A stretch of DNA of 64,000 bases, taken from assembly GCA_965219995.1 (NCBI GenBank), contig CBDCOX010000002.1, positions 2,368,001 to 2,432,000 of the forward strand, written 5' to 3'. The DNA is from Candidatus Latescibacterota bacterium (GTDB lineage: Bacteria; Latescibacterota; UBA2968; GCA-2709665). The notes beneath the pieces were generated by a model that saw nothing but the letters and a program-made list of their open reading frames with translations, was not told the DNA's origin and searched no databases. Position numbers and translations under genes: made by a program. Within the stretch, counting starts at the first letter, position 1; each line of letters starts with the position of its first letter. This document shows positions 10,690 through 21,145 of the stretch, piece after piece.

Positions 10690-11664
10690 CTACGACTCGA
10701 AGTATTCGATTATGCGACGCAGGGTGTTGTCGAGGCTCATTTTCGGCTCGTAGCTCACGAACGACCGGATTTTGGACAGATCCGGCACCCGATAGTTCAG
10801 GTCTTCATACGACCCCTTGGCAAATGCCTTGTCGTAAGGCACGAATTCGATGGGCGCGTCGCTTTCCGTCAGTGTCTTGACTTTATGCGCCAAATTGACG
10901 ATGCTGGTTTCGTTGGTCTCGACGTTCCCGCCCAGATTGAAGATCTCACCCGGCGTGTCCGGATGTTCGGCCAGCGCGACCAGGCCGTCGAGGGCATCTT
11001 CGATATCGGTAAAACAGCGACGTTGTTCCCCGTCGCCGTACACCGTGATCGGGTGACCCAGGAGCGCCTGCTTGACCATTCGCGGCACCACCATTCCGTA
11101 GTCGCCGGTCTGCCTGGGACCAATGACGTTGAAGAACCGCACGATGAGCATGGGCAGCTTCTTCTCCCGCCAGTAGGACAGACCCAACATTTCGTCCACC
11201 GCTTTTGTCGTAGAGTAGATCCATCGGTCCACGGTGATGGGTCCGAGCAGCCGATCGTCGTTTTCCTGGAAAGAAACCTTGCCGTTTTTCTTGCCGTACA
11301 CCTCGGACGTAGACGCGAGCATGACGCGCTTCTTGTCTTTATTGGCAAGCTCCAGGACAATTTCGGTGCCCCGGATATTGGTTGTCAGGGAATGCAGCGG
11401 ATTGTCGATGATGTAATTTACACCCACCGCCGCGGCCAGGTGATAGATCATATCGCACCATTCCACCAGTGGACGCAGTGTTTCCCCTTCCAGTATCGTG
11501 CCAACCTTTATCTTGAATCGCGGGTTGGACTCCAGGTGGTGGATATTGTTGTAGTCTCCGGTGGAAAGATCGTCGAGGACGAAAACTTCGTCGCCGCGCC
11601 TCAAATGCCGTTCCGCCAGATGTGAACCAATAAACCCCGCCCCGCCGGTAATCAACACCTTCAT
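10690..11664 (-). CDS. NAD-dependent nucleotide-sugar epimerase/dehydratase (UDP-glucuronate decarboxylase-like SDR)
   Basis: GGAGFIG Rossmann motif, STSEVYG, YSTTK (YxxxK), RFFNVIGPRQ. Confidence 0.9.
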   Translation of the reverse strand: MKVLITGGAGFIGSHLAERHLRRGDEVFVLDDLSTGDYNNIHHLESNPRFKIKVGTILEGETLRPLVEWCDMIYHLAAAVGVNYIIDNPLHSLTTNIRGTEIVLELANKDKKRVMLASTSEVYGKKNGKVSFQENDDRLLGPITVDRWIYSTTKAVDEMLGLSYWREKKLPMLIVRFFNVIGPRQTGDYGMVVPRMVKQALLGHPITVYGDGEQRRCFTDIEDALDGLVALAEHPDTPGEIFNLGGNVETNETSIVNLAHKVKTLTESDAPIEFVPYDKAFAKGSYEDLNYRVPDLSKIRSFVSYEPKMSLDNTLRRIIEYFES

Positions 11665-12983
11665 GCGTACGTCCCTTCCCAGCAGTCGCCCGGTGAACCG
11701 CTCCCGGCCCGCTTGTTTTCGGATAGCTTACGATAGAGGTGGCTGAAATCTTCCGCCAATCTTGTCAACCCGTACGATTCAACGATTTTTCGCCGATCAC
11801 CAACGGATATCTCCCGCCGCTCCCGCAGGGCCCGCTGAATTCCTGCGGAGAGCGCCGCAGAGTCACCAGGCGCAAACATCAGGCCAATCCGTTCGCTCCG
11901 AATCAGATCGGGCACGCCACCTACGCGAGACGCAACGACGTAACATCCGGTTGCCACGGCCTCCAGCAACGCAACCGGCAACCCCTCGTGGTGTGACGAC
12001 AGCACCGACAGATCGAGTGCGCCGTAGATTCGCGCCGTATCATTTCGAAAGCCGGTAAACCGCACCCGGTCTTCGAGCTTTCGCACATGCACGATGGTTT
12101 CAAGTTCGGTCCGCAGTTCCCCGTCGCCAACGACGACGAAACGAACGTCCGGCATGGTCTCGGCCACCTGTTCCGCGGCAGCGAGAAAAATGTCGACGCC
12201 CTTAATTGGAACCAGCCGCGACACCATGCCGACAAGCCGCGCTGAAGGGCCGAACCCCAGTTCGTCGCGAAGACCCGCGTCGCCCCGCCGCCGGCTCAGA
12301 TACGGATCCAGATCCACGCCCAGCCGAACCGTTCGAATGCGTGAGGGCGCCGCGATACGATGCGCCAGCAGTTCATCGCGCTGCCGTTCCGAAACCGCAA
12401 CAAGGACATCTGTCCGGCGGGCAAGAAGCCGCTCGATGAACACAATCAGGCAGGACTTCCAGGCAGAAAAATACCCCTTGAACACCAGCCCGTGAAACGT
12501 ATGCAGCGTTACCGGCACGCCGGCCAGCCAGGCCGCGACACGACCGAGCACACCCGCTTTCGACTTGTGGGTGTGGACAATTCCCGGACGAACACGTCTC
12601 AACAACCGGTACAACGCGACGAACACCCTGAGATCACGAACGGGAACGATCGCCCGGCTGAATCCCTGCACTTCCAGGGGTTGGATTCCTGACCGGAGGA
12701 TAACGTCGTCCATTTCGGCTTCGCCAGCCGCCACCTGGCCTTTGACCACCAGCGAGCGACATCCCCGTGACTCGAGCGCTTTCGTGAGAAAGAGCAGATA
12801 GGGCGTTGGCCCACCAACGTTCAAGCGATCGATAATCTGGATCAGATGAACCGGCGTTTGCGCGTCTGAAGGTTCCGCAGGCAAACCGACTCCGCAGGTG
12901 GAATCGCCACGATGGGGTCGAAAAAAGGGCTTCGACACCGGGATCAGCGTTTCAAATATAAACACCCGGGGATAAACCGGCAA
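11661..12983 (-). CDS. Glycosyltransferase family 4 (true start probably ~100 nt downstream of the ORF start)
   Basis: IVHTHKSKAGVLGR, HTFHG, EGLPVALLE (ExxxxxxxE), ASRVGGVPDL. Confidence 0.9.
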   Translation of the reverse strand: MPVYPRVFIFETLIPVSKPFFRPHRGDSTCGVGLPAEPSDAQTPVHLIQIIDRLNVGGPTPYLLFLTKALESRGCRSLVVKGQVAAGEAEMDDVILRSGIQPLEVQGFSRAIVPVRDLRVFVALYRLLRRVRPGIVHTHKSKAGVLGRVAAWLAGVPVTLHTFHGLVFKGYFSAWKSCLIVFIERLLARRTDVLVAVSERQRDELLAHRIAAPSRIRTVRLGVDLDPYLSRRRGDAGLRDELGFGPSARLVGMVSRLVPIKGVDIFLAAAEQVAETMPDVRFVVVGDGELRTELETIVHVRKLEDRVRFTGFRNDTARIYGALDLSVLSSHHEGLPVALLEAVATGCYVVASRVGGVPDLIRSERIGLMFAPGDSAALSAGIQRALRERREISVGDRRKIVESYGLTRLAEDFSHLYRKLSENKRAGSGSPGDCWEGTYA

Positions 12984-13076
12984 CGCAAAAGTTACTCTTC
13001 ATGTATAAGTGAATCGTATAGAATGCGTGCGCCGTCATTGAAATCCAGAGATCGAACCAGGAACGGCAAGGCACGC

Positions 13077-14165
13077 TCAGGCCTCCGGTCCGGCCACCGA
13101 ATGCAGGATCCGCAACAACCTCCGGCTGCTGCGTTGCAGCGAATAACGGGCTTCCATTCTTGCGCGTCCGGCCCCGCCCATCCGAACCCGAAGCGCGCGG
13201 TCGCGGATCAGCCGGTCGAGACAGAATACCCACTCGTCGTGAGAACTTGCGCAAAACCCGCTGACGCCGTCTTCGATGATTTCGGTGTTTATACCCACGG
13301 GGCTGCTCACAGCCGGAATTCCCATTGAGAGGTATTGCAGGAGCTTGTACCCTCCCTTTCCCCGCGTCCACGGGTCGTCGGGCAGAGGCATCAGGCCGAT
13401 ATCGACCCGCCCCAGGTCCCGAACCTCGGTCTCGAGAGACCACGGGCGCCACTCCGTCGGCAACGCATCCGTATCAAAACCGCCTTCGCCGATCAGACAA
13501 AGCCGGACATGGCGGTGCCGCGCGCCCAACTCGGCAAGCGGCTCACGGATCAGTTCGAGATACGGGGCTGACGTGTAGCTGCCGATCCAGCCGAGAACCA
13601 CGCGGTCGTCTTCCTCGCCCGCACTTCCGGGGGAGTACCTCTCGGTGTCGATCGGCCCCGTTATGATCGACACATGGGGGCAGAATCGTTCGGCATACGA
13701 AGCTGTGTAGGTGTTTTCGACGATGACCCTGGATGACGCACGGAGCATCCCTGCCAGACTCCGGGAATGGTGCCAGGTTCTGAGTCGTGCCATCCAGTCT
13801 TCTTCGGGCGCCTCGGTGGTAAAGATCGCGTCGTCGAAATCGAATATAACCTTCCTCGAAAACAACCGCAGGAGCCTGGAAACGGGCGCACTGAAAAAAG
13901 CCCGCTGCACAAAAACAACGTGGTACCGCGGCGCAAGCCTGAGGGTTTGAACCCCCACATTGAACGAGCGCCACCACACCCAGGCATAGTGGATCAGACG
14001 CCAGAATCCTCTCCTTGCGTATGTCCAGGTGGATATCCGATCGGGCAATACAACCGCCACGTCGGCCTGCACGCCATTGGCTTTCAGGAAGGGGAGATAG
14101 TCAAACACGCGTGTACGGCTGGCGGCAAACCGGGGCCCGGTGAGCGCGACGAAAAAAACTCTCAA
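13077..14165 (-). CDS. Glycosyltransferase family 4
   Basis: IFDFDDAIF, LGWIGS, DIGLMPLPDDPWTRGKGGYKLLQY, SPVGINTEII. Confidence 0.9.
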   Translation of the reverse strand: MRVFFVALTGPRFAASRTRVFDYLPFLKANGVQADVAVVLPDRISTWTYARRGFWRLIHYAWVWWRSFNVGVQTLRLAPRYHVVFVQRAFFSAPVSRLLRLFSRKVIFDFDDAIFTTEAPEEDWMARLRTWHHSRSLAGMLRASSRVIVENTYTASYAERFCPHVSIITGPIDTERYSPGSAGEEDDRVVLGWIGSYTSAPYLELIREPLAELGARHRHVRLCLIGEGGFDTDALPTEWRPWSLETEVRDLGRVDIGLMPLPDDPWTRGKGGYKLLQYLSMGIPAVSSPVGINTEIIEDGVSGFCASSHDEWVFCLDRLIRDRALRVRMGGAGRARMEARYSLQRSSRRLLRILHSVAGPEA

Positions 14166-14242
14166 GGCGGGAAAGCTCCATCAATATAAACACGCAATTC
14201 CGGCGAATCAATGGAAAACGGCGCGTTTTCGGGAAATCGCCG

Positions 14243-15085
14243 TCAGGCGGAACGCCACGACGCCGGCGATTCGCGATCGAGAAGTTCGAACAGCTTCCGG
14301 TTTTCTTCCTTGTAAAATCCGTACAATTTTCGTACGACGGGTTCGCTGGGAAGAAAATCGCTCTCGGGCAGGAAGCGCCCCAGAACGCTCGTCAATGGAG
14401 ACAGGGCCGGGAAATAAAACCGCGCGATCAGATGTATTTTGCAGGCGTCGAATCGATTGACCCGCTGCGCCACCCCCGAAAAACGATAGGCATCGTCGAT
14501 CTCAAGAAATCTGCAGACCTTTTTCAAACCGTCGTGCGGGCGCAGCACGATGTCCTCTTCGAAAAAAAGCACCAGAATCTGATCCCGCCTGAATAGATTC
14601 AGGTAGGCTGTGAGCAATGTAAAGAACCGGCCCACCTCGAAGATCCCAAACCCTTCCAGCAGGCCGGTTTTCCTACCCGCCAGCAAATCGTCCATCCGAT
14701 GCAGCGGAGATATCCGACCGGTCCGTATCAGATGCTTTACCGCGGAAACGGCCCGGTCGACGGGATTTTTCAGCGTAACAATCAGTTTCGCGTGGGGCAG
14801 GTGTGTCCGGATGTGCCGGTGCACGTCGGGCATGTGCCCTTCGCCGCCCCGTCCGTCCGCCCAGAAATAGTCCGGCGTTTTCTCACCCACACGGCTTTGG
14901 CTATCGGCCGCCGCGAAGTGACTGGCGTACCATTCGATTCCCTTGTGGTAATTACCGGCCTTATCGAAGAAATGCACTTCCCTGTCGGGCATGTACACGT
15001 CCGGATGCTGGCGGAGCATGGACGCCAGCCAGGTCGTTCCGCACTTCTGTGCGCCGATAATCAGGAAATCCGGCAAACGAGTCAT
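14243..15085 (-). CDS. PAPS-dependent sulfotransferase (heparan-sulfate sulfotransferase-like domain)
   Basis: LPDFLIIGAQKCGTT (5'-PSB loop), EVHFFD, GEKTPDYF, LKNPVDRAVS (3'-PB motif). Confidence 0.9.
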   Translation of the reverse strand: MTRLPDFLIIGAQKCGTTWLASMLRQHPDVYMPDREVHFFDKAGNYHKGIEWYASHFAAADSQSRVGEKTPDYFWADGRGGEGHMPDVHRHIRTHLPHAKLIVTLKNPVDRAVSAVKHLIRTGRISPLHRMDDLLAGRKTGLLEGFGIFEVGRFFTLLTAYLNLFRRDQILVLFFEEDIVLRPHDGLKKVCRFLEIDDAYRFSGVAQRVNRFDACKIHLIARFYFPALSPLTSVLGRFLPESDFLPSEPVVRKLYGFYKEENRKLFELLDRESPASWRSA

Positions 15086-15163
15086 ACGCCACTCCTTGTG
15101 CCGTGTTCCGAAGAGCCCTCACAGTTGGCCCGAATTCCGGAAACCTGCTTCCCGGACAATGCA

Positions 15164-16618
15164 CTAACGCCGGATCAGTCCGACCAGGCGCGTAGCCTCC
15201 ACGGCGGTCTCCTTTGAAAACAAACGGAGAGCAAGCGGATAAACCAGAACGCCCGCGACCACGCAGGACCCGGCCAACGCAGAATCGGAAAGCGCGCCTG
15301 TCACCAGCCACTTGTAGACGGCGACCAGCCCGATCATCAATCCGCTGCCCAGCGCAGCCGGACGCAACGCCTCGAGGAAATCGCCAAATGTAATCCGGGC
15401 CAGCTGGTTCACGATGGCCTGCGAGACGACCGTCAGGACCAGCACACCGAGGCTGACCGCCAGCGCGGCGCCCGTTATCCCCCAACCGATGCCCGTTCGC
15501 AGGGCCACAAGCATGAAGACGGCGCCGCAGATATTCCAGATCAATGCCAGGCCGGTGCGCCCCATGGCGGACCAGACCAGGCCGGCGGGAGACGCGACGG
15601 ACCGCAGCGCTCCGGCCGCGCAAAGCACCTGAAGGACGGCCGCCGCGGGCGCCATCTCCTCCTTGAACAGCAACTCCACGCCAGGGTGCGCCAACAGGAA
15701 AAACCCCGCCATAATCGGGAATACGAGCACCGCGACGTACTTCACGGTGGACAGATAGGCCCGGCCAAGCCGGGCGATGTCGTCCTGCAGAGCGGAGAAA
15801 GCCGGAAAGGTGACCTTTGCAATGGCCTGCACCACGCGGGTCTGCGGAAATGCGATGAGGCGATACGCCAGTCCGTAGTAGCCCAGCGCCTCGATCCCCA
15901 GGAACCTGCCAATCAGAAGATAGTCCAGGTTTTGCTGGACATAGCCGGCCAGCCTCGACCCCGTCCACTTTCCGCCGAACCCGATCAGTACCCTTGCATC
16001 GGCGACGCTGAAGGACGCTCTCGCATGAACAGGGCAGAACATCCATGGACCGAGGCCCAGAACCGCGTGGCGGGCGACGTAGGCCCAGACGAGGCTCCAC
16101 ACCTCGTATCCCTGTACGGCCAGCAGCGCAAGGATGATACCGCTTGAGAACGCCGCACAAACATCCAGAATCGCCAGCTGTCCAAAACGGAACGTGCGCT
16201 CCATCTGAGCCCGGGGAACGGCGCCCATCCCGGCGAATAACAGCCCGGAGGCCATTGTCGGGAGAACCGCGGCAACCTGAGGGTCATCAAAAAAAAGTCC
16301 GCCCAGGAAACGGGCGGCAAGATAGAATAGGGCGGCCAGCGAACAGGAGATGACAAGGCCCATCCAGAACGCCGCGGCCATGTGCGCCTCGGCCGCATCC
16401 CGCTTCTGAATCAGGGCCCGCCCCAGACCCATTTCCGCGACCAGTATGCCAACGCCGACAATTGTGGCCGCGGCCACCTCTGTACCGAACGCCCGGGACG
16501 GTTCGGTCAGATGCCGCACCGCCAGTCCCAACGCGCCAACCTGGATCAGATAGCCGACGCCCTGCGCCAGGCCGGTCCACGAGAAACCCCGGACGGTTGT
16601 GCGACGCAGGTCGGTCAT
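15164..16618 (-). CDS. wzx: Wzx polysaccharide flippase (MOP family)
   Basis: Start MTDLRRTTVRGFSW; MGLGRALIQK; NLDYLLIGRFLGIEALGYY; a dozen or more TM segments. Confidence 0.85.
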   Translation of the reverse strand: MTDLRRTTVRGFSWTGLAQGVGYLIQVGALGLAVRHLTEPSRAFGTEVAAATIVGVGILVAEMGLGRALIQKRDAAEAHMAAAFWMGLVISCSLAALFYLAARFLGGLFFDDPQVAAVLPTMASGLLFAGMGAVPRAQMERTFRFGQLAILDVCAAFSSGIILALLAVQGYEVWSLVWAYVARHAVLGLGPWMFCPVHARASFSVADARVLIGFGGKWTGSRLAGYVQQNLDYLLIGRFLGIEALGYYGLAYRLIAFPQTRVVQAIAKVTFPAFSALQDDIARLGRAYLSTVKYVAVLVFPIMAGFFLLAHPGVELLFKEEMAPAAAVLQVLCAAGALRSVASPAGLVWSAMGRTGLALIWNICGAVFMLVALRTGIGWGITGAALAVSLGVLVLTVVSQAIVNQLARITFGDFLEALRPAALGSGLMIGLVAVYKWLVTGALSDSALAGSCVVAGVLVYPLALRLFSKETAVEATRLVGLIRR

Positions 16619-16629
16619 CCGGCCCCTTT

Positions 16630-17604
16630 CTATACGGTCTCCACGCGGGCCAACCGCACGCCGGTCCATACCGCCATCACGACCACACAAACCAGAATGG
16701 CAAAGCTGATCGCGGCCGGCACCACGGCCGCCACGATTCCGCAAAGGGCGAGAAGTCCACCCGCAAGATGAATACGCCGAACCGCGCCACGGACGGAATG
16801 CCCCATTCTCACCAGCCGCTGCGCAACGTGATCGCGGCTGGCTTTCATCACGGGCAAGCCCTTTCTCTTTCTCACGACACAGAGAAACACGGCCTCGAAA
16901 CAGGGAACGCCCAGCACCAGTACCGCGCAGAGTTCGCCCTGAACGCCCGGCATCGCCCTCGATATCTCCACCGACATCGCGCCAAGCACAAACCCGGCGA
17001 ACAGACTGCCGGCGTCGCCCATGTAGACCCTTGCCGGATGTGCGTTGTATACCAGGAACCCCAGAAAGCCTCCAGCCAGGCTGGCGCCCAGAATCACAAC
17101 CGGCGCCGCGCCGACGACGAGACCCAACCCCGCCAGTCCAATCGAAGCGATGGCGCCTGCGCCTGCGGACAAACCATCCATCATGTCGAGCACGTTAAAC
17201 GCGTTACACATCCAGACCAGCCACACTCCGGTGAGTACAGCGTCGACCACGGTACTTCCGGTTGTATCGAATCGAAGCCCGCCACCAACCGCAATAATGA
17301 CCGTAAAGATTTGAAACGCAAGCTTTTGAACGGGTGATAGCGGCCACTTATCGTCGACGAATCCGATGGCGCCCATGCCAAGTGCGCCAATCCACAGGCC
17401 AGTGGGAAACGACAGCGGCGCAAATGGAAGCAGCAGCAGGGTTGCGACCGCGATGGCCACGCCGCCGATAGGTGGGACCGGTTCCGCGTCGTTGGACCCG
17501 ACTGACTTCAACCACGAGGCGCGCAGCGCGGCAGCGCGCAGAAGAGGTGTCAGCAAGAGCGCGGTTCCGAAACCGAAAGCGAGAAATAACGCAGAGGACA
17601 ACAC
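16630..17604 (-). CDS. MraY/WecA-family undecaprenyl-phosphate sugar-1-phosphate transferase
   Basis: PPIGGVA, GFVDD, NAFNVLDMMDGL, YMGDAGS motifs. Confidence 0.9.
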   Translation of the reverse strand: MLSSALFLAFGFGTALLLTPLLRAAALRASWLKSVGSNDAEPVPPIGGVAIAVATLLLLPFAPLSFPTGLWIGALGMGAIGFVDDKWPLSPVQKLAFQIFTVIIAVGGGLRFDTTGSTVVDAVLTGVWLVWMCNAFNVLDMMDGLSAGAGAIASIGLAGLGLVVGAAPVVILGASLAGGFLGFLVYNAHPARVYMGDAGSLFAGFVLGAMSVEISRAMPGVQGELCAVLVLGVPCFEAVFLCVVRKRKGLPVMKASRDHVAQRLVRMGHSVRGAVRRIHLAGGLLALCGIVAAVVPAAISFAILVCVVVMAVWTGVRLARVETV

Positions 17605-17631
17605 GATATACTTTCTGCACGAGAGCGCGAA

Positions 17632-18771
17632 TCAGGACTCGCCGCGAGGATTCCGGCAGTTGGGTTGAAAGCTCCGGACAGCGTCGATTACCTGGGCGAC
17701 GTCTCGGTCGGTCATCGCCGGATAGAGCGGCAACGTTACCAGTTCATGCCACACAGACTCAGTCACCGGCAGCGTGCAGCGATAGGGTTCGTGGATCGGA
17801 TAAAGATGATTCGGATAATAATGTACGCTGGAATCGACATCCCGTCCGTGCAGATGGGCGACCAGATGATCCCTGTCCGAAACGCGCGGGACATAGGCAT
17901 GGAATGCGCTGCGCGCGTACGGCGCAATCCTGGGCGTCCGAAGCCACGGCAGATCGGAAAACGCCTTATCGTATTGCAGAACGATTTCCCGTCGCTGCGC
18001 GTTGGCAGACTCCAGTCTCCCCAGCTGCACAAGCCCGATGGCCGCATTCAGATCGTTCATGTAGAACTTGTGACCCACCTCGGTCACTTCGTACAACCAG
18101 CGTTTCTGTTGCGGACCTGCCGTAAACCGGTCCCACGTACCCTGGGGGATGCCCATCCAGCTCAGCCGCTTGAGGCGCTCGGCCAGTTGCGAATCGTTGG
18201 TGGTGAGCATTCCGCCGTCGCAGGTCGTCAGATTCTTCTGTGCCTGGAAACTGAAACACCCGATCGTTCCCAATCCGCCAGCCATCCGACCCTTGTACCG
18301 GGCGCCGCAGGCATGGGCGGCATCTTCCACAACCGGGATGTTCCTGGACGACGCGATCTCCAGTATCGAATCCATGTCGCAGGGGTGGCCGCTGTGATGC
18401 ACAACCATAATTGCGGCTGTTCTGTCCGAAACCCGGCGGGCGACGCATTCGGGGTCCAGATTCAGCGTGACGGGATCGATGTCGCAAAAGACCGGAATGG
18501 CGCCGTTCTGGAGAATCGCATGGTTGGTGGCGACAAAGGTCATGGATGAGGTAATGACCTCGCGGCCCTCCACGCCCAGCACCTTGAGCGCCAGCAGCAA
18601 TGCCGACGAACACGAATTCACGCTGACCGCAAACGACGTCCCGATATACTCGGCGAACCGCTCTTCGAAGGCTGCGGCCTTCGTGCCTGCCCCGACCCAT
18701 CCGGACAGCATCACCTCCCGGACCGCCGCCACCTCCTCTTCGTCGAAACAGGCCCGCCAGATGGGTATCAT
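17632..18771 (-). CDS. DegT/DnrJ/EryC1/StrS sugar aminotransferase
   Basis: VEDAAHA, FSFQAQKNLTTCDGG (PLP Lys); start MIPIWR overlaps the upstream GT2 stop (ATGA). Confidence 0.92.
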   Translation of the reverse strand: MIPIWRACFDEEEVAAVREVMLSGWVGAGTKAAAFEERFAEYIGTSFAVSVNSCSSALLLALKVLGVEGREVITSSMTFVATNHAILQNGAIPVFCDIDPVTLNLDPECVARRVSDRTAAIMVVHHSGHPCDMDSILEIASSRNIPVVEDAAHACGARYKGRMAGGLGTIGCFSFQAQKNLTTCDGGMLTTNDSQLAERLKRLSWMGIPQGTWDRFTAGPQQKRWLYEVTEVGHKFYMNDLNAAIGLVQLGRLESANAQRREIVLQYDKAFSDLPWLRTPRIAPYARSAFHAYVPRVSDRDHLVAHLHGRDVDSSVHYYPNHLYPIHEPYRCTLPVTESVWHELVTLPLYPAMTDRDVAQVIDAVRSFQPNCRNPRGES

Positions 18772-19730
18772 GAAATCTCCTTCGGGCCCGAACACGTTGG
18801 CGGAAAACCAAAGCGGGTCCGACGTTCAACGCCCCCCGTCAGGACCCGTCGATACGCCTTCAGCCTTGCCCTGGCCTCCTGCCTGAATCCGGGCAACAGA
18901 AAGAGACCTCCCCAGAGCAGCGTTCTCAAAACCATCTCCGGAAACGTCAGTGCGGCCAGGAGGCGGCCCGCACGATTTCCCAGGTGTTTGTTCATCACGT
19001 AAAGGTGACTCGCCATGCCCTCCACGAGCATCCGCTCCTGCGCCTTCTTCGAACTCCTGCCGCCCGCATGGAATGCGCAAGCCTCCGGCAGATAGGCCAC
19101 GGTCCAACCGGCCCTACCAAGCCTGAGGCATAGGTCGACATCTTCATAGTACATGAATATCGCGTCGTCCATGCCGCCGACCGCGCGGAAGGCGCTGCGA
19201 CGCACAAGGAAACAGGCACCCGTCACCCAGCCGACCGAAGCTGGGCCACGGGAGACCCGGCAGCCGAATTTAAGCATTGGAAAAACAAGATGCAACAGGA
19301 ATTTACGGCAGATTTCGCCAGCCAGTCGGGGCGCCCCGCCACAAGACAGGTGCGCTCGACCCCTCCGGTCCACGAGGCGCGGCCCGACCACGCCGACACG
19401 TTCGTTGGCATCGAGATAATCCAAAAGGCGTTCGACCGCATCCGGCGACACGGTCACGTCAGGGTTCATGGCGAGAATGTAAGGAGCGGTGGAACCCTCC
19501 ACCCCCCGGTTGACGCCCCTGCCGAACCCGGCATTCCCTCCCATCTCTACCAGCCTTACGCCGTCGCCAAAGGGTTCCAGCGCGGCGGGACTGCCGTCCG
19601 AAGACGCGTTGTCCACAACAACGACGTCCAGCCGAAGCCGTTCCTTTACTTCGATCAGCGATGCGACGCACCGGAAGAGGTCTTCACCCGCGTTCCAGTT
19701 CACCACCACCGCCGTCACCGCCGGTTTCAT
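18768..19730 (-). CDS. Glycosyltransferase family 2 (rhamnosyltransferase-like)
   Basis: VVVNWN, VVDNASSDG, NAGFGRGVN, MNPD, WVTGAC, FMYYEDVDLC. Confidence 0.9.
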   Translation of the reverse strand: MKPAVTAVVVNWNAGEDLFRCVASLIEVKERLRLDVVVVDNASSDGSPAALEPFGDGVRLVEMGGNAGFGRGVNRGVEGSTAPYILAMNPDVTVSPDAVERLLDYLDANERVGVVGPRLVDRRGRAHLSCGGAPRLAGEICRKFLLHLVFPMLKFGCRVSRGPASVGWVTGACFLVRRSAFRAVGGMDDAIFMYYEDVDLCLRLGRAGWTVAYLPEACAFHAGGRSSKKAQERMLVEGMASHLYVMNKHLGNRAGRLLAALTFPEMVLRTLLWGGLFLLPGFRQEARARLKAYRRVLTGGVERRTRFGFPPTCSGPKEIS

Positions 19731-21129
19731 CCGCCTCTCCATCCAAACGGGCCAGAATGCCAAGAAAACACGCATGCCAGAAGATCAGCCGGTTGCCCAT
19801 CATCGTATTGTCGGTCAAAATATACACGAGCAGTGCCGCGTACACCGCAAGAAACGCGGCGCAGAAGCCTTTTATGAGCGGATCGTCAGTGCGGCGGAAC
19901 ATCCCGAACGCGATCCGCAGCCCGCGGATGAAGATCCACAGGAATGCGACCACACCCAGAATTCCCATACGCATCATGATCGTCAGATAGGTATTGTCAA
20001 CGCCTCCGGACGTAAAGACGTAGGGTTGCGAATACTCGTCGACCCTCAGATAGGAAATCGTGGCGCCGTGTCCGCCACCCAGCACCGGCCGCTCCCGGAT
20101 CTTCTCGAGGGCCAGCGCATAGGCCAGCAGACGCCCCTGGATCTCCAGGTCTCCCTCGGTTACCGTGCGGCGCAGACGATGGGCAGCCATATCCTCGACT
20201 CCTGCGCCCGTAAACTGCTGGAAATAGTATCCCAGGCCCAGGAGCAGAACAGGAATCAGCATTACGATCAGAAGCCGGCGTCCACGGTGCCTCCCCCGGT
20301 CGAGCAGAACCAGCCCGCCCACACAGAACAGTCCGAACAGCAGGCTGCCCCACATCGCACGGCCCATCGTGACCACCAGCGCGAGGCCGATGGGAACCAG
20401 GAGAAGACCACCCACCGTGCGGCGAACCGGCGACGTGTCGTAGAGGAACGCCGCCGCGAGAACCAGAACCCCCATCGGCAGCAGCAGCCCCTCCCGCCGC
20501 GCCACGCGGAAGAAAGCACCGGCATACGAGAGGTCGACGGCTCGGACGAATTCTACCAGGTACTCCACGCCCACGACGGCCGCGGAGACGACCAGCACAG
20601 AAAGAAACAACCCGCGCCTGCGCAGATCGAAAAAGCCTGTCACGACGAAGAACAGCACGTAGTAAAGAGGGTATCGCACGTCCCTCAGAATCTGCCGGAC
20701 GTCCTGACCGTAAAACAGACCCAGCGCCATCGATGTCACCACCAGCGCCAGAAAAACCAGCATCGGACGGTCCAGCCGGGTGCGTACCCGGTTCAGCCGT
20801 CGTTCCTGGAGCCAGGCGACGAATGCCACACCCCACACCACCAGAAACAGCGCCTCGCAGAAATGCAGATTCCCGGGCAACATGAGATGATCTTCGTAGA
20901 ACTCGGAGGAGATCACGGAAGCGATGAAGCAGAGATACAGGAGCGCGGACGTGACCGACGCCATCAGGGCGATCCCGGAAACCACAACCAGGCTTACGGT
21001 GATCACCGGAATCACCTCGCCGAAACGCCAGAAAGGCAACGCGATCAGCGCGAGCTGCACGATGCAGACGGCCGCAATTACCCACCCTTCGCGTCTTCTC
21101 GGCGTCGACAGATCCGTTGCTGTTTCCAT
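19684..21129 (-). CDS. O-antigen ligase / Wzy polymerase family membrane protein
   Basis: About 12 TM segments with a late loop GR...PVLGGGHG...VDNTYLTIMMRMGILG typical of Wzy_C. Confidence 0.8.
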   Translation of the reverse strand: METATDLSTPRRREGWVIAAVCIVQLALIALPFWRFGEVIPVITVSLVVVSGIALMASVTSALLYLCFIASVISSEFYEDHLMLPGNLHFCEALFLVVWGVAFVAWLQERRLNRVRTRLDRPMLVFLALVVTSMALGLFYGQDVRQILRDVRYPLYYVLFFVVTGFFDLRRRGLFLSVLVVSAAVVGVEYLVEFVRAVDLSYAGAFFRVARREGLLLPMGVLVLAAAFLYDTSPVRRTVGGLLLVPIGLALVVTMGRAMWGSLLFGLFCVGGLVLLDRGRHRGRRLLIVMLIPVLLLGLGYYFQQFTGAGVEDMAAHRLRRTVTEGDLEIQGRLLAYALALEKIRERPVLGGGHGATISYLRVDEYSQPYVFTSGGVDNTYLTIMMRMGILGVVAFLWIFIRGLRIAFGMFRRTDDPLIKGFCAAFLAVYAALLVYILTDNTMMGNRLIFWHACFLGILARLDGEADETGGDGGGGELERG

Positions 21130-21145
21130 CGGTCCGCTTTCCCGC

